Shown piece by piece: positions 38,813 to 48,774 of a stretch of DNA of 64,000 nt (positions are counted from its first letter, which is position 1; the number at the start of each line of letters is the position of its first letter). The notes beneath the pieces were generated by a model. It had not been told where the DNA came from and did no database searches. It saw only the letters and a program-made list of their open reading frames with translations. The position numbers and the translations under genes are program-made. The DNA is from an uncultured bacterium (GTDB lineage Bacteria; Zixibacteria; MSB-5A5; CAIYYT01): contig CAVSCK010000001.1 of assembly GCA_963726455.1 (NCBI GenBank), positions 1 to 64,000 of the forward strand, written 5' to 3'.

Positions 38813-39139
38813 TTAGTACCCGCAAACCAATCGCCACTCGATCGTATCCCCTGCAGATGGCATGAACTGATCGCAGGCTTCCTGCGCGGGCTTGCGGTTA
38901 ACGAAATATAGCCAGAAAGCCGTTCGCGTCTGCGCAACACTGTCGATTGACTTTACGAACACTCCGGCAGCCGTAGAATCCACTTCTACCGGCCAATGCT
39001 CGCGAGTCTGCGTCAGAACCGATGTTCCGGCCTTGGCAACGAATCCCTGCGCTCTGAGAATCTGTGGCTCGTGGCTGCATGAAATGATCAGCAATGCCGC
39101 CGCAGCTAGCAGCAGAACTGTCCTGGCGAAGTTCGACAT
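38813..39139 (-). CDS. DUF4430-like (transcobalamin C-terminal-like) lipoprotein
   Basis: Lipobox IIS-C; FVKSID...FWLYFVN...GDTIEWR. Confidence 0.7.
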   Translation of the reverse strand: MSNFARTVLLLAAAALLIISCSHEPQILRAQGFVAKAGTSVLTQTREHWPVEVDSTAAGVFVKSIDSVAQTRTAFWLYFVNRKPAQEACDQFMPSAGDTIEWRLVCGY

Positions 39140-39248
39140 GCGTCGATTCTACGTGCACATCCTCTCTGGCGCAACGCGTTTTTGAAGTACCGGCCACTTA
39201 AAGCTTGACCATCCGGCTTCGGCGGGTTAAGTTGCACCCCTGAGCATT

Positions 39249-40367
39249 ATGGCAAATAACGAGTTACTAAGAATCGACGGGAGTTTCGGGGAAGGCGGCG
39301 GCCAGATCCTCAGGACGTCCTTATCATTATCAACCTTGCTCGGTCGTCCTGTCGAAGTCGTCAATATTCGCAAGAACCGCAAGTTTCCGGGACTGATGCC
39401 GCAGCACTTGACGGCGGTCAAGGCCTGTCAGACGATTTGCGAGGCCAAAGTCACCGGCGCCGAGATCAATTCCGAACGACTCGAATTTACGCCGGGAAAG
39501 ATTCGTTACGGCAATTACACGTGGGATGTAGCCGAAAGCAAGAAGTCTGCCGGCGCAGCAACCTTGGTGCTGCAAACGGTTCTGCTGCCTTTATTGTTCG
39601 CCCGCAATGAATCTAATCTGACTATCAAGGGCGGTACTCACGTTCCCTGGTCGCCACCGGCTACGTATCTCAAACAGGTATTCCTGCCGGTGCTCGGCTT
39701 GATGGGTTGCCAGACTTTCCTGAAGATCAATCGTTGGGGTTGGTATCCTGAAGGCGGCGGTGATATTTCGTGCCGTATTCGTCCGATTGACAAACTGCAG
39801 CCGCGCCAGTTTGCCGAGCGTGGTAACTTGCTCAAGCTATACGGTCTCTCCGCAGTCTCGAATGTTGGCAACAACGTCGGCGACCGGCAGATGCGGGCGG
39901 CGCAAAAGCTGCTCAAGGCGGCAAATCTGGATGCGGAAATCCGCGTCAAGGAAGTTCCGGCTTCCGGCAAAGGGTCGCTGCTGTTTCTTACGGCGGAGTT
40001 CGAAAACGGCCGCGCCGGATTCACGACACTGGGCGAGAAAGGCCTCCCTGCGGAGAAAGTCTCCGAGGCGACTGTAAACGAGTTGAAAAACTTCCTCGGC
40101 AAATCGGTCTGCCTCGATCACTATCTCGCCGATCAATTGATCCCATACGTGGCGCTTTGCCAAACCCGCATCGAAATGAACGTCTCCAAAATCACAAATC
40201 ATCTGCTCACCAATCTTTGGGTGGTGAAACGATTCCTGCCGATTCAGTACGATCTCAAAGGACCGCTCGGATATCCCGGAACTTTGATTATCGAACCGGC
40301 TCCACCACCGCCGCCACCACCACCTCCTCCGACTGAAACGCCTGCTGAGACTCCGGCGAGCAATTGA
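39249..40367 (+). CDS. rtcA: RNA 3'-terminal phosphate cyclase
   Basis: [52 protein letters not shown]. Confidence 0.95.
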   Translation: MANNELLRIDGSFGEGGGQILRTSLSLSTLLGRPVEVVNIRKNRKFPGLMPQHLTAVKACQTICEAKVTGAEINSERLEFTPGKIRYGNYTWDVAESKKSAGAATLVLQTVLLPLLFARNESNLTIKGGTHVPWSPPATYLKQVFLPVLGLMGCQTFLKINRWGWYPEGGGDISCRIRPIDKLQPRQFAERGNLLKLYGLSAVSNVGNNVGDRQMRAAQKLLKAANLDAEIRVKEVPASGKGSLLFLTAEFENGRAGFTTLGEKGLPAEKVSEATVNELKNFLGKSVCLDHYLADQLIPYVALCQTRIEMNVSKITNHLLTNLWVVKRFLPIQYDLKGPLGYPGTLIIEPAPPPPPPPPPPTETPAETPASN

Positions 40368-40434
40368 TATATCGTCTATCTGCAAATTTGGTTGTCGACA
40401 TAACGACTTCTCAGCATCAAATAGGGAGGACGCT

Positions 40435-40851
40435 ATGAAAAGTTTCCGCAAAGAACTTTTGTTCGAAACGCCAACGCGCCGCCAGCTCGTGAACATCACT
40501 CCCAAGGTCGAGGCATGTTTACGCGAAAGCGGCATCAGCGAAGGCCTGCTCCTTTGCAACGCCATGCACATCACCGCCAGCGTCTTCATCAATGATGACG
40601 AGTCCGGCCTGCACCAGGATTTCGAGGCCTGGCTGGAAAGACTGGCGCCTGAAAAACCGCATTCCCAGTATCGCCACAACGGCTTCGAAGACAACGCCGA
40701 CGCGCATCTCAAGCGTACGATCATGGGACGGGAAGTCGTAGTTGCCGTCACCGATGGCAAGCTGGATTTCGGTCCCTGGGAGCAGATTTTCTACGGCGAA
40801 TTCGACGGCAAACGCCGTAAGCGAGTGTTGGTCAAGATTATCGGCGAATGA
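40435..40851 (+). CDS. yjbQ: YjbQ/UPF0047 family protein
   Basis: [32 protein letters not shown]. Confidence 0.93.
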   Translation: MKSFRKELLFETPTRRQLVNITPKVEACLRESGISEGLLLCNAMHITASVFINDDESGLHQDFEAWLERLAPEKPHSQYRHNGFEDNADAHLKRTIMGREVVVAVTDGKLDFGPWEQIFYGEFDGKRRKRVLVKIIGE

Positions 40852-41024
40852 TACTCTTATGCGTGCCTCAGGCATGGGTATCGCATTCGCTTCTCGCCAC
40901 TCCAAATGTGATTGTTCCCCATTAATCCGCGCCGTAATTGTACTTGACGCTCATCTCCAAGTGAGACATTGCGTATATGAAATACAGTGTTCGATTCTAA
41001 CGTTCAAGTATGGAGGTCACTCTT

Positions 41025-41384
41025 ATGCCGAATCCTGTAGTACACTTTGAAGTCGCCGGCACAGACGGCAAGAGATCGCAGGACTTTTACGGAAAACTGT
41101 TCGACTGGAAAGTCCAAGTCGATCCCAAAATGGACTATGGCATGCTCAGCCAGCAGGAAGGTCAGGGCATTGGCGGCGGGATTTATCAGACCATGGAAGG
41201 TATGCGCCCGCACGTTACATTCTATGTCATGGTGGACGACCTGCAGAAATATCTCGACCGCGCCGCGAAACTGGGCGGCAAAGTGCTCATGCCGCCGAAA
41301 GAAATCTCGCCCGAAATCGGCTGGATGGCGATGTTCGCCGATCCCGACGGCAACCCGATCGGGCTGTTCAAGAACGTCATGTAA
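41025..41384 (+). CDS. VOC/glyoxalase-family protein
   Basis: VVHFEV...FYGKLFDW...GWMAMFADPDGNPIGL; GGAGG RBS. Confidence 0.9.
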   Translation: MPNPVVHFEVAGTDGKRSQDFYGKLFDWKVQVDPKMDYGMLSQQEGQGIGGGIYQTMEGMRPHVTFYVMVDDLQKYLDRAAKLGGKVLMPPKEISPEIGWMAMFADPDGNPIGLFKNVM

Positions 41385-41776
41385 TCCCCTTTGCATGACA
41401 TGGCACGATGCCGAATGCAGCAGCGCCGTCAGGATTCCCATCTTGACGGCGCCTTACTTTGTATGGTTCTTCTCAGAGGCGGGTTGATCGCTTACGTGCC
41501 ATCAGCTCTTCGCGAGCACGCCATGACAGAAGGAAGAGCGTGTGGCAGATAAGCGCGATCGTACACCGCGAAAAGCCGGGGAAGTTTTCCCTTCAATTCC
41601 GTCATCGCTTTGCCTATATTCCTGCCTTCGCGGCAACAGCTTCCCGGCTCATGCCGTAAAGACTATTGATGAGGCAGATACCCTCCGACGGGAATTTGGA
41701 GCGGAAATCAGGGCGACTTGTATACAGTTTGATTGGTTGCCCGTGAACTTTCTTCTGGGAACGGAGATTCAAGAAA

Positions 41777-42349
41777 ATGGCACAAGAAGAGATCAAGACT
41801 GCCGTTTGCAGTTATGTCCTGATCAAGATCGGGGATCGCGATAAATTAGTCCCAGCCGTGGAAAAACTCTATCTCAACGATCACGTCCTGTTTTGCGACG
41901 CCGTCGACGGCGATTATGACCTGGCGCTGGTCGCGCAGGGCGACTCCGACAAAGAACTTGAAAGCTATATCGCCGGCGAGATCAAGACCATTAACGGCGT
42001 GCAGAATGTCGAAGTCCTGCGTCTGGAGACTCCTCCCGCGACCATTATCGAAAGCGCCTCTGAGGCCTCCGGCGAAGATCATGTCCCGGAACGATATGAC
42101 GGCAGCAAGGCACAGAGCTACCTCTTCATGGAAACCGATCAAAATCAACTACTGGATATTCAAAGCAGACTGCGAGAATTGCAGTCCGTCGTGGCCTGCG
42201 ATATTGCTCACGGCAAGTACCCCCTCGTCGTGCTGCTGAAAGCTGCCGGTTTTGACCAAATTCGCAAGATTATTGCGGAGAAAATCCGCGTCCTGCCTGG
42301 AGTCCTGCGAGTCAAGCAGAGCCATATTATCAAATTATTTGAAATGTGA
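41777..42349 (+). CDS. Tandem Lrp/AsnC ligand-binding (RAM) domain protein without HTH
   Basis: Two repeats: SYVLIK...VDGDYDLAL...IKTINGV and SYLFME...AHGKYPLVV...IRVLPGV. Confidence 0.78.
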   Translation: MAQEEIKTAVCSYVLIKIGDRDKLVPAVEKLYLNDHVLFCDAVDGDYDLALVAQGDSDKELESYIAGEIKTINGVQNVEVLRLETPPATIIESASEASGEDHVPERYDGSKAQSYLFMETDQNQLLDIQSRLRELQSVVACDIAHGKYPLVVLLKAAGFDQIRKIIAEKIRVLPGVLRVKQSHIIKLFEM

Positions 42350-42429
42350 GAGACCATTCCTTATATTAGAGACCGTTTAGGTCGTGAATATGAGGAAGAG
42401 GCCTGAAAGAACATACATTGCTCACCAGC

Positions 42430-42458
42430 TTGATATTCATTTCACAAGATGCTATTAT
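42430..42458 (+). promoter_or_regulatory. sigma70 promoter overlapped by a Rex-like box
   Basis: TTGATA-N17-TATTAT with extended TG; TTGATATTCATTTCACAA (42430-42447) resembles Rex TTGTGAAnnnnTTCACAA. Confidence 0.5.
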
Positions 42459-42540
42459 GCCCCCTCGCGGCGGTCTGCGTAACTGGTCTCGCCGAGTAGG
42501 TTTCTGATGCGACTATTTGTTAAACTTCGAGGTAGACTTT

Positions 42541-43014
42541 ATGGATGCGACCACACAAGAGTTTAAACCCTTTAATTTGGACCTCTGGAAGTACGATGGT
42601 CATGCCGGCGCGCTGATACCGTTACTCCAATCCGCGCAGGACACCTACGGCTACGTCTCGGAGCGCGCGATTGATTATATCAGCCAGGTCACCGGAATTC
42701 CGTCCGCCGAAATCTACGGCGTCGTGACTTTCTACGCGCAGTTCCGCACCAAGCCGCTCGGCGAAAAGATCATCAAAGTCTGTAACGGCACGGCCTGCCA
42801 CGTCAACGGCGTCAAGGAAATTGCGGATACTCTCAAAGACGAACTGAACATAGACTACGAAGAAACCACCGACGACGGCAAGTTCAGTATGGTCTCGGTC
42901 GCCTGCCTCGGCTGCTGTTCTCTCGCACCCGTCATGATGGTCAACAACGAAACTTTTGGCCGCCTCACTCCTCAGAAAACGCGCAAAGTCCTGCGGGATC
43001 TGCGGCGCAAGTAA
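42541..43014 (+). CDS. NuoE/HydC-like 2Fe-2S subunit
   Basis: VVTFYAQF, VCNGTACHVNG, VACLGCCSLAP. Confidence 0.93.
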   Translation: MDATTQEFKPFNLDLWKYDGHAGALIPLLQSAQDTYGYVSERAIDYISQVTGIPSAEIYGVVTFYAQFRTKPLGEKIIKVCNGTACHVNGVKEIADTLKDELNIDYEETTDDGKFSMVSVACLGCCSLAPVMMVNNETFGRLTPQKTRKVLRDLRRK

Positions 43015-43038
43015 CCACGACAAAACGAAAGACAGAGT

Positions 43039-44793
43039 ATGAAAACGGTAATGGTTGGTCTGGCTACCTGCGGAATCTCGGCAGGAGGCGAAAAAGTATA
43101 TAAAGCATTTCAGGACGAACTCCAGAATACGGACTTCGTTCTTAAGGAAACCGGTTGCATCGGAATGTGCTACCGCGAGGTTCTGGTCAATGTCTCCAAC
43201 GGCAACGGAACCGGCTACCTCTATGGCGAAGTGACTCCCGACCGCGTCAAGCGCATCGTCAGCGAACATGTCGTCGGCGACAAACCCATCGAAGAATGGC
43301 TTGTTTCGGGCGATCATCGTGACGAGGGATTCTTCGACAAGCAAAAACGAATCGTACTGCGCAACTGCGGCATAATCGATCCCGGCTCCATCGAAGAGTA
43401 CATCGCGGCCGGCGGATACAAAGCATTGGAGAAAGCTCTCAAGACGATGACGCCGGAGCAAATCATCGACGACGTCACCAAATCAGGACTGCGCGGTCGT
43501 GGCGGCGCCGGATTCCCCACCGGTAGAAAATGGTCATTGACTCGTGCCGCCAAGGGCGACAAGAAATACCTCATCTGCAATGCCGATGAGGGCGACCCGG
43601 GAGCATTTATGGATCGCTCAGTTCTCGAGGGCGACCCGCATGCGGTACTCGAAGGCATGATCATCGCCGCTTATGCTTGTGGCGCTGACGAGGCCTACAT
43701 ATACTGTCGCGCCGAATACCCGAAGGCGATCGCGCGCTTGCGGCAGGCCATCCTGCAATCGCGCAAGGCCGGATTCCTCGGGGAGAAGATTCTCGGCTCC
43801 AATTTCAAATTCGAAATCAAAATCAAGGAAGGCGCCGGCGCTTTTGTCTGTGGCGAAGAAACCGCGCTGATGGCTTCGATTGAGGGCCATCGCGGCATGC
43901 CGCGCATCCGCCCTCCGTTTCCGGCACAAAGCGGGTTGTGGGGCAAACCGACCAACATCAATAACGTCGAAACCTACGCCAATATTCCCTGGATCATCCT
44001 CAACGGTGGCGCGGCGTTTGCCGCTTTCGGCACCGATGATTCCAAGGGCACAAAAGTCTTCGCAATGGCCGGCAAGGTCAAACGCACCGGCCTTGTCGAA
44101 GTGCCGATGGGTTTGACGATCAACGAAATCATTTACGAAATCTGCGGCGGCATCAGGGACGATAAGAAATTCAAAGGCGTCCAGATGGGTGGCCCGTCGG
44201 GTGGCTGCATACCGGCATCTCTCGGCGACACCAAAATCGATTACCAGCAGATCAACAAGACCGGCGCGATTATGGGCTCCGGCGGTATGGTCGTCATGGA
44301 CGAGACGACCTGCATGGTGGACGTCGCCAAATTCTTCCTGTCATTCACCCAGGTCGAGTCCTGTGGCAAATGCACTTTCTGCCGCATCGGAACGAAACGG
44401 ATGCTGGAGATTCTCGAAAAGATCACTGCCGGCGAGGGCAAGGAAGAAGATATCGACACGCTGGCGAGACTGGGCGAGCAAATCAAAATCGCCACGCTCT
44501 GCGGACTCGGACAGTCGGCGCCCAATCCGGTACTCTCCACGATTCGCTATTTCCGCAACGAGTACGAGGCGCACATCCGCAACAAGAAATGTCCGGCCCA
44601 CGTCTGTGCACCACTGCTGACATATATCATCGATCCCGAAAAATGCAACGGCTGTATGTTGTGTGTCCGCGCTTGCGATTCGAATGCGATCACCGGCGAA
44701 AAGAAAAAGCCGCACGTCATCAACCAGGACCTCTGCATCAAATGCGGCAAGTGCTACACGGTCTGCAACCAGGGCGCGATCATAAAGGATTAA
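43039..44793 (+). CDS. NuoF/HydB-like FMN/NAD-binding subunit with N-terminal thioredoxin-like 2Fe-2S and C-terminal 2x[4Fe-4S]
   Basis: SGLRGRGGAGFPTG, NADEGDPGAFMDR, FVCGEETAL, ESCGKCTFCR; C-terminal CNGCMLCVRAC and CIKCGKCYTVC. Confidence 0.95.
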   Translation: MKTVMVGLATCGISAGGEKVYKAFQDELQNTDFVLKETGCIGMCYREVLVNVSNGNGTGYLYGEVTPDRVKRIVSEHVVGDKPIEEWLVSGDHRDEGFFDKQKRIVLRNCGIIDPGSIEEYIAAGGYKALEKALKTMTPEQIIDDVTKSGLRGRGGAGFPTGRKWSLTRAAKGDKKYLICNADEGDPGAFMDRSVLEGDPHAVLEGMIIAAYACGADEAYIYCRAEYPKAIARLRQAILQSRKAGFLGEKILGSNFKFEIKIKEGAGAFVCGEETALMASIEGHRGMPRIRPPFPAQSGLWGKPTNINNVETYANIPWIILNGGAAFAAFGTDDSKGTKVFAMAGKVKRTGLVEVPMGLTINEIIYEICGGIRDDKKFKGVQMGGPSGGCIPASLGDTKIDYQQINKTGAIMGSGGMVVMDETTCMVDVAKFFLSFTQVESCGKCTFCRIGTKRMLEILEKITAGEGKEEDIDTLARLGEQIKIATLCGLGQSAPNPVLSTIRYFRNEYEAHIRNKKCPAHVCAPLLTYIIDPEKCNGCMLCVRACDSNAITGEKKKPHVINQDLCIKCGKCYTVCNQGAIIKD

Positions 44794-44801
44794 GGTGAGC
44801 A

Positions 44802-47800
44802 ATGATTAACATAGCAATAAACGGACAGAAGATCACCGCCGATCCGAACCTGACAATCCTCGAGATCGTGCGTCAGAACAATATTGACAAGATTCCGACG
44901 TTGTGCCACGACCCCAAACTGCCGCCGTTCGGATCATGCTTCCTTTGCGTCGTCGAGATTGAGGGCTTCCCGCGCCTGCTGCCCGCCTGCTCCACCAAAC
45001 CGATGGAGGGCTGGGCCATTCAAACGCGTTCACCCAAGGTTGTCGATGCGCGCAAGACCTGCCTCGAATTACTGGTATCGAATCACTACGCCGACTGTTT
45101 TGGCGCCTGCCGCCTGAACTGTCCCGCTGATGTTGATATTCAGGGTTACCTGTCATTGACTCATCTCGGCAAGTACCATGAAGCCATCCGCCTGATCAAA
45201 GAGAAGAATCCCTTCCCATCAGTCTGCGGCCGCGTCTGCACCCGCAAGTGCGAACTGGCTTGCCGCCGCAAGATGGTTGATGATGCCGTCGGCATCGACT
45301 ACGTCAAACGTTTCACGGCCGACAAAGACATGGAATCCGGTGACATGTGGCGTCCCGAGGTCAAACCACGTAACGGCAAGAAAGTCGCCGTCATCGGAGG
45401 CGGCCCGGCAGGATTGACTTGCGCCTACTATCTCGTGCTCGAAGGTTTCGAACCGACCGTATACGAAGCGTTGCCCGAAATGGGCGGCATGTTGCGCTAT
45501 GGAATTCCCGAATATCGTCTGCCGAAAAAGGTGCTCGATAAAGAAATCAAATGGATTACCGACCTCGGCGTTGAAGTTCATACAAATACGGCGCTCGGAC
45601 CAAACTTCTCGATCGACGAGTTGATGGGCAAGGGCTTCAAGGCCGTGTTCGTCGGACTTGGCGCGCAGCTTGCCAAGAGCATGGGCGTAGTCAACGAGCA
45701 CGTCAAGCGCGTCCTTGGTGGCGTTGACTTCCTGCGTGATGTCGGCCTCAGCCGGCCACCCAAAGTCTATGGCCGCGTCGTCGTGGTTGGTGGCGGCAAT
45801 ACCGCCATTGATGCTGCTCGCACGAGTCTGCGTCTGGGCGCCAAGGAAGTCATCATTCTCTATCGCCGCACCCGTCAGGAAATGCCTGCCAACGATGTCG
45901 AGATCGTGGCTGCCGAGGAAGAGGGCATTAATATTCACTATCTCGCCGCGCCGGTACGGGTCAACTCCGACAACGGCGAACTTCACTCTCTCGAATGTAT
46001 CGAGATGGAGTTGGGCGAACCGGATGCTTCCGGTCGTCGTCGCCCTGTGACCAAGAAGGGCTCGGAATTCACGCTTGCTTGTGACTGGGTAATTTCGGCA
46101 ATCGGACAGGATGCCGATCTCAGCGGCATCAAGGCGCAGGATGGCAGTGATTCCGAAATCGAAATCAGCAAGTGGAATACCATCATGGCGCAGGAAGGTA
46201 CGTTCAACACGAATCGTCCCGGCGTCTTCGCGGGCGGTGACGTGGTAACCGGACCTGCTGACGCCATCGACGCCATCGCGGCCGGGCGACTGGCTGCTTT
46301 CGCAATTATGCAATACATCGAAACGGGACATTTCCAAAGATTGCGTCCCGTATTCGCCAGTTTGCGCGACAACCTGAAGAAAGTCACTCCGGACGATCTG
46401 ACATTTATCGATAAAACCACCCGCAACATCGTGCATGAACTGCCGGTTGCCGAGCGCATACGTACATTCCAGGAAGTTGAATTACCTTACACTCAGGAGC
46501 AGGTGCTTCTGGAGACTTGCCGCTGCGTTGAATGCGGTTGCGCCGTGTCTCTTAGTTGCGAATTGCAGGATTACTGCAGCGAATACGGCGCCGACCAAAA
46601 GCGGTTCGCCGGCGAGTTCAAACGTTACCCTGTCGACACATCACATCCGTTCATCACTCTCGAACCGAACAAATGCATCCTTTGCGGCCGTTGCGTTCGC
46701 ACCTGCGCCGACATTCTCGATGTCTCGGCACTCGGATTCGTCTATCGCGGATTCAAAACTATCGTCAAACCGGCGATGGAAAAACATCTGCAGGAAACCA
46801 ACTGCGTTTCCTGCGGCAACTGCGTCGATGTCTGCCCGACCGGCGCGATCGTCAACAAGATGCCCTGGGGACGGTCCGGCCCGTGGAAGATGGAGCAGGT
46901 CAAAAACGTCTGCAATTTCTGTTCGGTCGGCTGCAACGTCGAAATCAACGCTCTCTCTCCCGACTTGTTCTATGTCACCGGCGCGTTCGCAGGTGAACCG
47001 AACTTCGGCGAGCTTTGCGTCAAAGGGCGTTATGGTTACCAGCAGCTTATCAATTCGTCGCGTCTCATGAAACCATTGGTGCGCAAAAATGGTTCGCTGG
47101 AACCGGCGACCTGGGACGATGCCTGGCGCAAAATCTCCGAGGGTCTGGCAACGATGCGATCCTCGTATCCGAGCGGTTCGGTGATGGTTTCAGCTTCTCC
47201 CAAACTGACTGACGAAGAGCTTTATCTCGCCGGCAAGATGGCGCGCGCAGCTCTCAAAACTGCCGCAATCGGCAGCTTCCACAACGAAGCTAGTGGCGCT
47301 GACTTGCATGCCTTGGATGATATTCTCGGTTCGACCTCGTCAACTTGCGGTGTCAAAGAACTCGAGGGTGCTGACGTGGTGTTGGTCGTCAACTGCGATC
47401 CGACAACCGAGAATCCGGTTTTCGGCTGGCGTCTAAAGCGGCTGCTAAAGGCCGGCAAGAAGGCAGTAGTAATTAGCTCTTCCGAAAACGGCCTCACGCC
47501 TCACGCATCGCTCTGGCTCGATGCGCGCCGTGGCTCGTCATCCACTTTGCTTAAGGGCATTACGGCCGAGATTCTGCGCAATCGTAAAGAGGATGCCAAC
47601 TATATCGCAGCTCGCACGATCAACTTCGATCGCTTCAAGCGCGCTCTGGCACAGACGAGTGTTGACGAAGTCTCCGCGATCACCGGCGTTCAATCCGATA
47701 AGATTGCGAGCGCGGTCGACCTGCTTACCTCCGACAGCCGGAAAGTTGTAGCGATCTACAACCTCGCCAGTCGTATCGACCGCAGTCCCAGCGATCTGAA

Positions 47801-48566
47801 AGCGCTGGCATCACTCATGATGGTTACCGGCAAAATCGGCACCGCCGGAAACGGTTTGATTCTGCTGACCGATCAAAGCAACAGCCGCGGCATGGAACTG
47901 GCCGGATTCGACCAGCAGCTACTACCGGGAGGCACGACCATTGATCCGGAAACCGTCGGCAAGTTGTCGAGCATCTGGAACGACAGTCTCGATTGTATCA
48001 AACAGGGCGACAGTGTCCCGGCCATGCAGAAGCTGCGGGACGGCCAAATCAAGGGCGCACTCATATTCGGTGAGAACCCGGCCATTGATCCCGCCTGGAG
48101 GAAGAAGATCGAGCAACTTGAATTCCTGGTCGTCGCCGATATGTATCTGACTGAGACGGGTGAGATGGCTGACGTTGTGCTTCCGCTCAACAGCTATGTC
48201 GAAGACGAGGGCACCATGACTAACTGGGAAGGCCGACGTCAGTCGCTGCAACCGCTTGGTGTTCCGCAAACCGGCATGACTAATCTGCAATTGATCACGC
48301 GAATCTATAACCTCGCCGGCGGCAACGGCCTGCGCGACGAAGCGCTTTTCGAACAGATCACTCGTGAGATGGAGTTGTTCATTCCCTCACGCGACTGTGA
48401 GCCGGACAATCTGGGACGATTCATCAGTCGTTTCCCGACCGGTGACGGCAAGGCCCACTTCGAGGTCTACAACACCGGTGTTGCCGTAACTGATGCGCGT
48501 TTTCCGGCCATGCTTGTGCTCGATGAACGCACCAATTCCCGCTTGTCACAATTGTTTGGACAATAA
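44802..48566 (+). CDS. Fused NuoG-like Fe-S / GltD(NfnB)-like FAD-NADPH / degenerate molybdopterin-oxidoreductase subunit
   Basis: IPTLCH...SCFLCVV; GRVCTRKCE, VIGGGPAG, VVGGGNTAIDAAR, YRRTR; KCILCGRCVR, CVSCGNCVDVCPTGA, CNFCSVGC...LCVKGRYG. Confidence 0.9.
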   Translation: MINIAINGQKITADPNLTILEIVRQNNIDKIPTLCHDPKLPPFGSCFLCVVEIEGFPRLLPACSTKPMEGWAIQTRSPKVVDARKTCLELLVSNHYADCFGACRLNCPADVDIQGYLSLTHLGKYHEAIRLIKEKNPFPSVCGRVCTRKCELACRRKMVDDAVGIDYVKRFTADKDMESGDMWRPEVKPRNGKKVAVIGGGPAGLTCAYYLVLEGFEPTVYEALPEMGGMLRYGIPEYRLPKKVLDKEIKWITDLGVEVHTNTALGPNFSIDELMGKGFKAVFVGLGAQLAKSMGVVNEHVKRVLGGVDFLRDVGLSRPPKVYGRVVVVGGGNTAIDAARTSLRLGAKEVIILYRRTRQEMPANDVEIVAAEEEGINIHYLAAPVRVNSDNGELHSLECIEMELGEPDASGRRRPVTKKGSEFTLACDWVISAIGQDADLSGIKAQDGSDSEIEISKWNTIMAQEGTFNTNRPGVFAGGDVVTGPADAIDAIAAGRLAAFAIMQYIETGHFQRLRPVFASLRDNLKKVTPDDLTFIDKTTRNIVHELPVAERIRTFQEVELPYTQEQVLLETCRCVECGCAVSLSCELQDYCSEYGADQKRFAGEFKRYPVDTSHPFITLEPNKCILCGRCVRTCADILDVSALGFVYRGFKTIVKPAMEKHLQETNCVSCGNCVDVCPTGAIVNKMPWGRSGPWKMEQVKNVCNFCSVGCNVEINALSPDLFYVTGAFAGEPNFGELCVKGRYGYQQLINSSRLMKPLVRKNGSLEPATWDDAWRKISEGLATMRSSYPSGSVMVSASPKLTDEELYLAGKMARAALKTAAIGSFHNEASGADLHALDDILGSTSSTCGVKELEGADVVLVVNCDPTTENPVFGWRLKRLLKAGKKAVVISSSENGLTPHASLWLDARRGSSSTLLKGITAEILRNRKEDANYIAARTINFDRFKRALAQTSVDEVSAITGVQSDKIASAVDLLTSDSRKVVAIYNLASRIDRSPSDLKALASLMMVTGKIGTAGNGLILLTDQSNSRGMELAGFDQQLLPGGTTIDPETVGKLSSIWNDSLDCIKQGDSVPAMQKLRDGQIKGALIFGENPAIDPAWRKKIEQLEFLVVADMYLTETGEMADVVLPLNSYVEDEGTMTNWEGRRQSLQPLGVPQTGMTNLQLITRIYNLAGGNGLRDEALFEQITREMELFIPSRDCEPDNLGRFISRFPTGDGKAHFEVYNTGVAVTDARFPAMLVLDERTNSRLSQLFGQ

Positions 48567-48589
48567 GACGTTGTGACAGCCAAATTCTC

Positions 48590-48622
48590 AGGGCGCTTCG
48601 ACAGAAGCGCCCTTTTCTGTTT
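48590..48622 (+). terminator. Terminator of the oxidoreductase operon
   Basis: AGGGCGCTTC-gaca-GAAGCGCCCT followed by TTTCTGTTT. Confidence 0.8.
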
Positions 48623-48774
48623 TGCCCGACTTTGATTTGCCTCGTTCCGATTCGCGACTCGCGTCCACCTGTTAATTCGCTGCCTTGATTAGTTTCCCGT
48701 AATCCGCTATACTCTCTGCTTCGAAATCAATTTGGTTTCGTGCGCGAATTGACGCAGGACAAAGGAGAATAATC

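Noticed and set aside
38813-39139. DUF4430-like lipoprotein as a cobalamin supplier or immunity gene for the RiPP cluster
   Set aside because: It is convergent, and neither rSAM has a B12-binding domain. Proximity is the only link.
44802-48566. Selenocysteine formate dehydrogenase or [FeFe]-hydrogenase
   Set aside because: No in-frame TGA, no Mo-ligand Cys-His and no H-cluster motifs.
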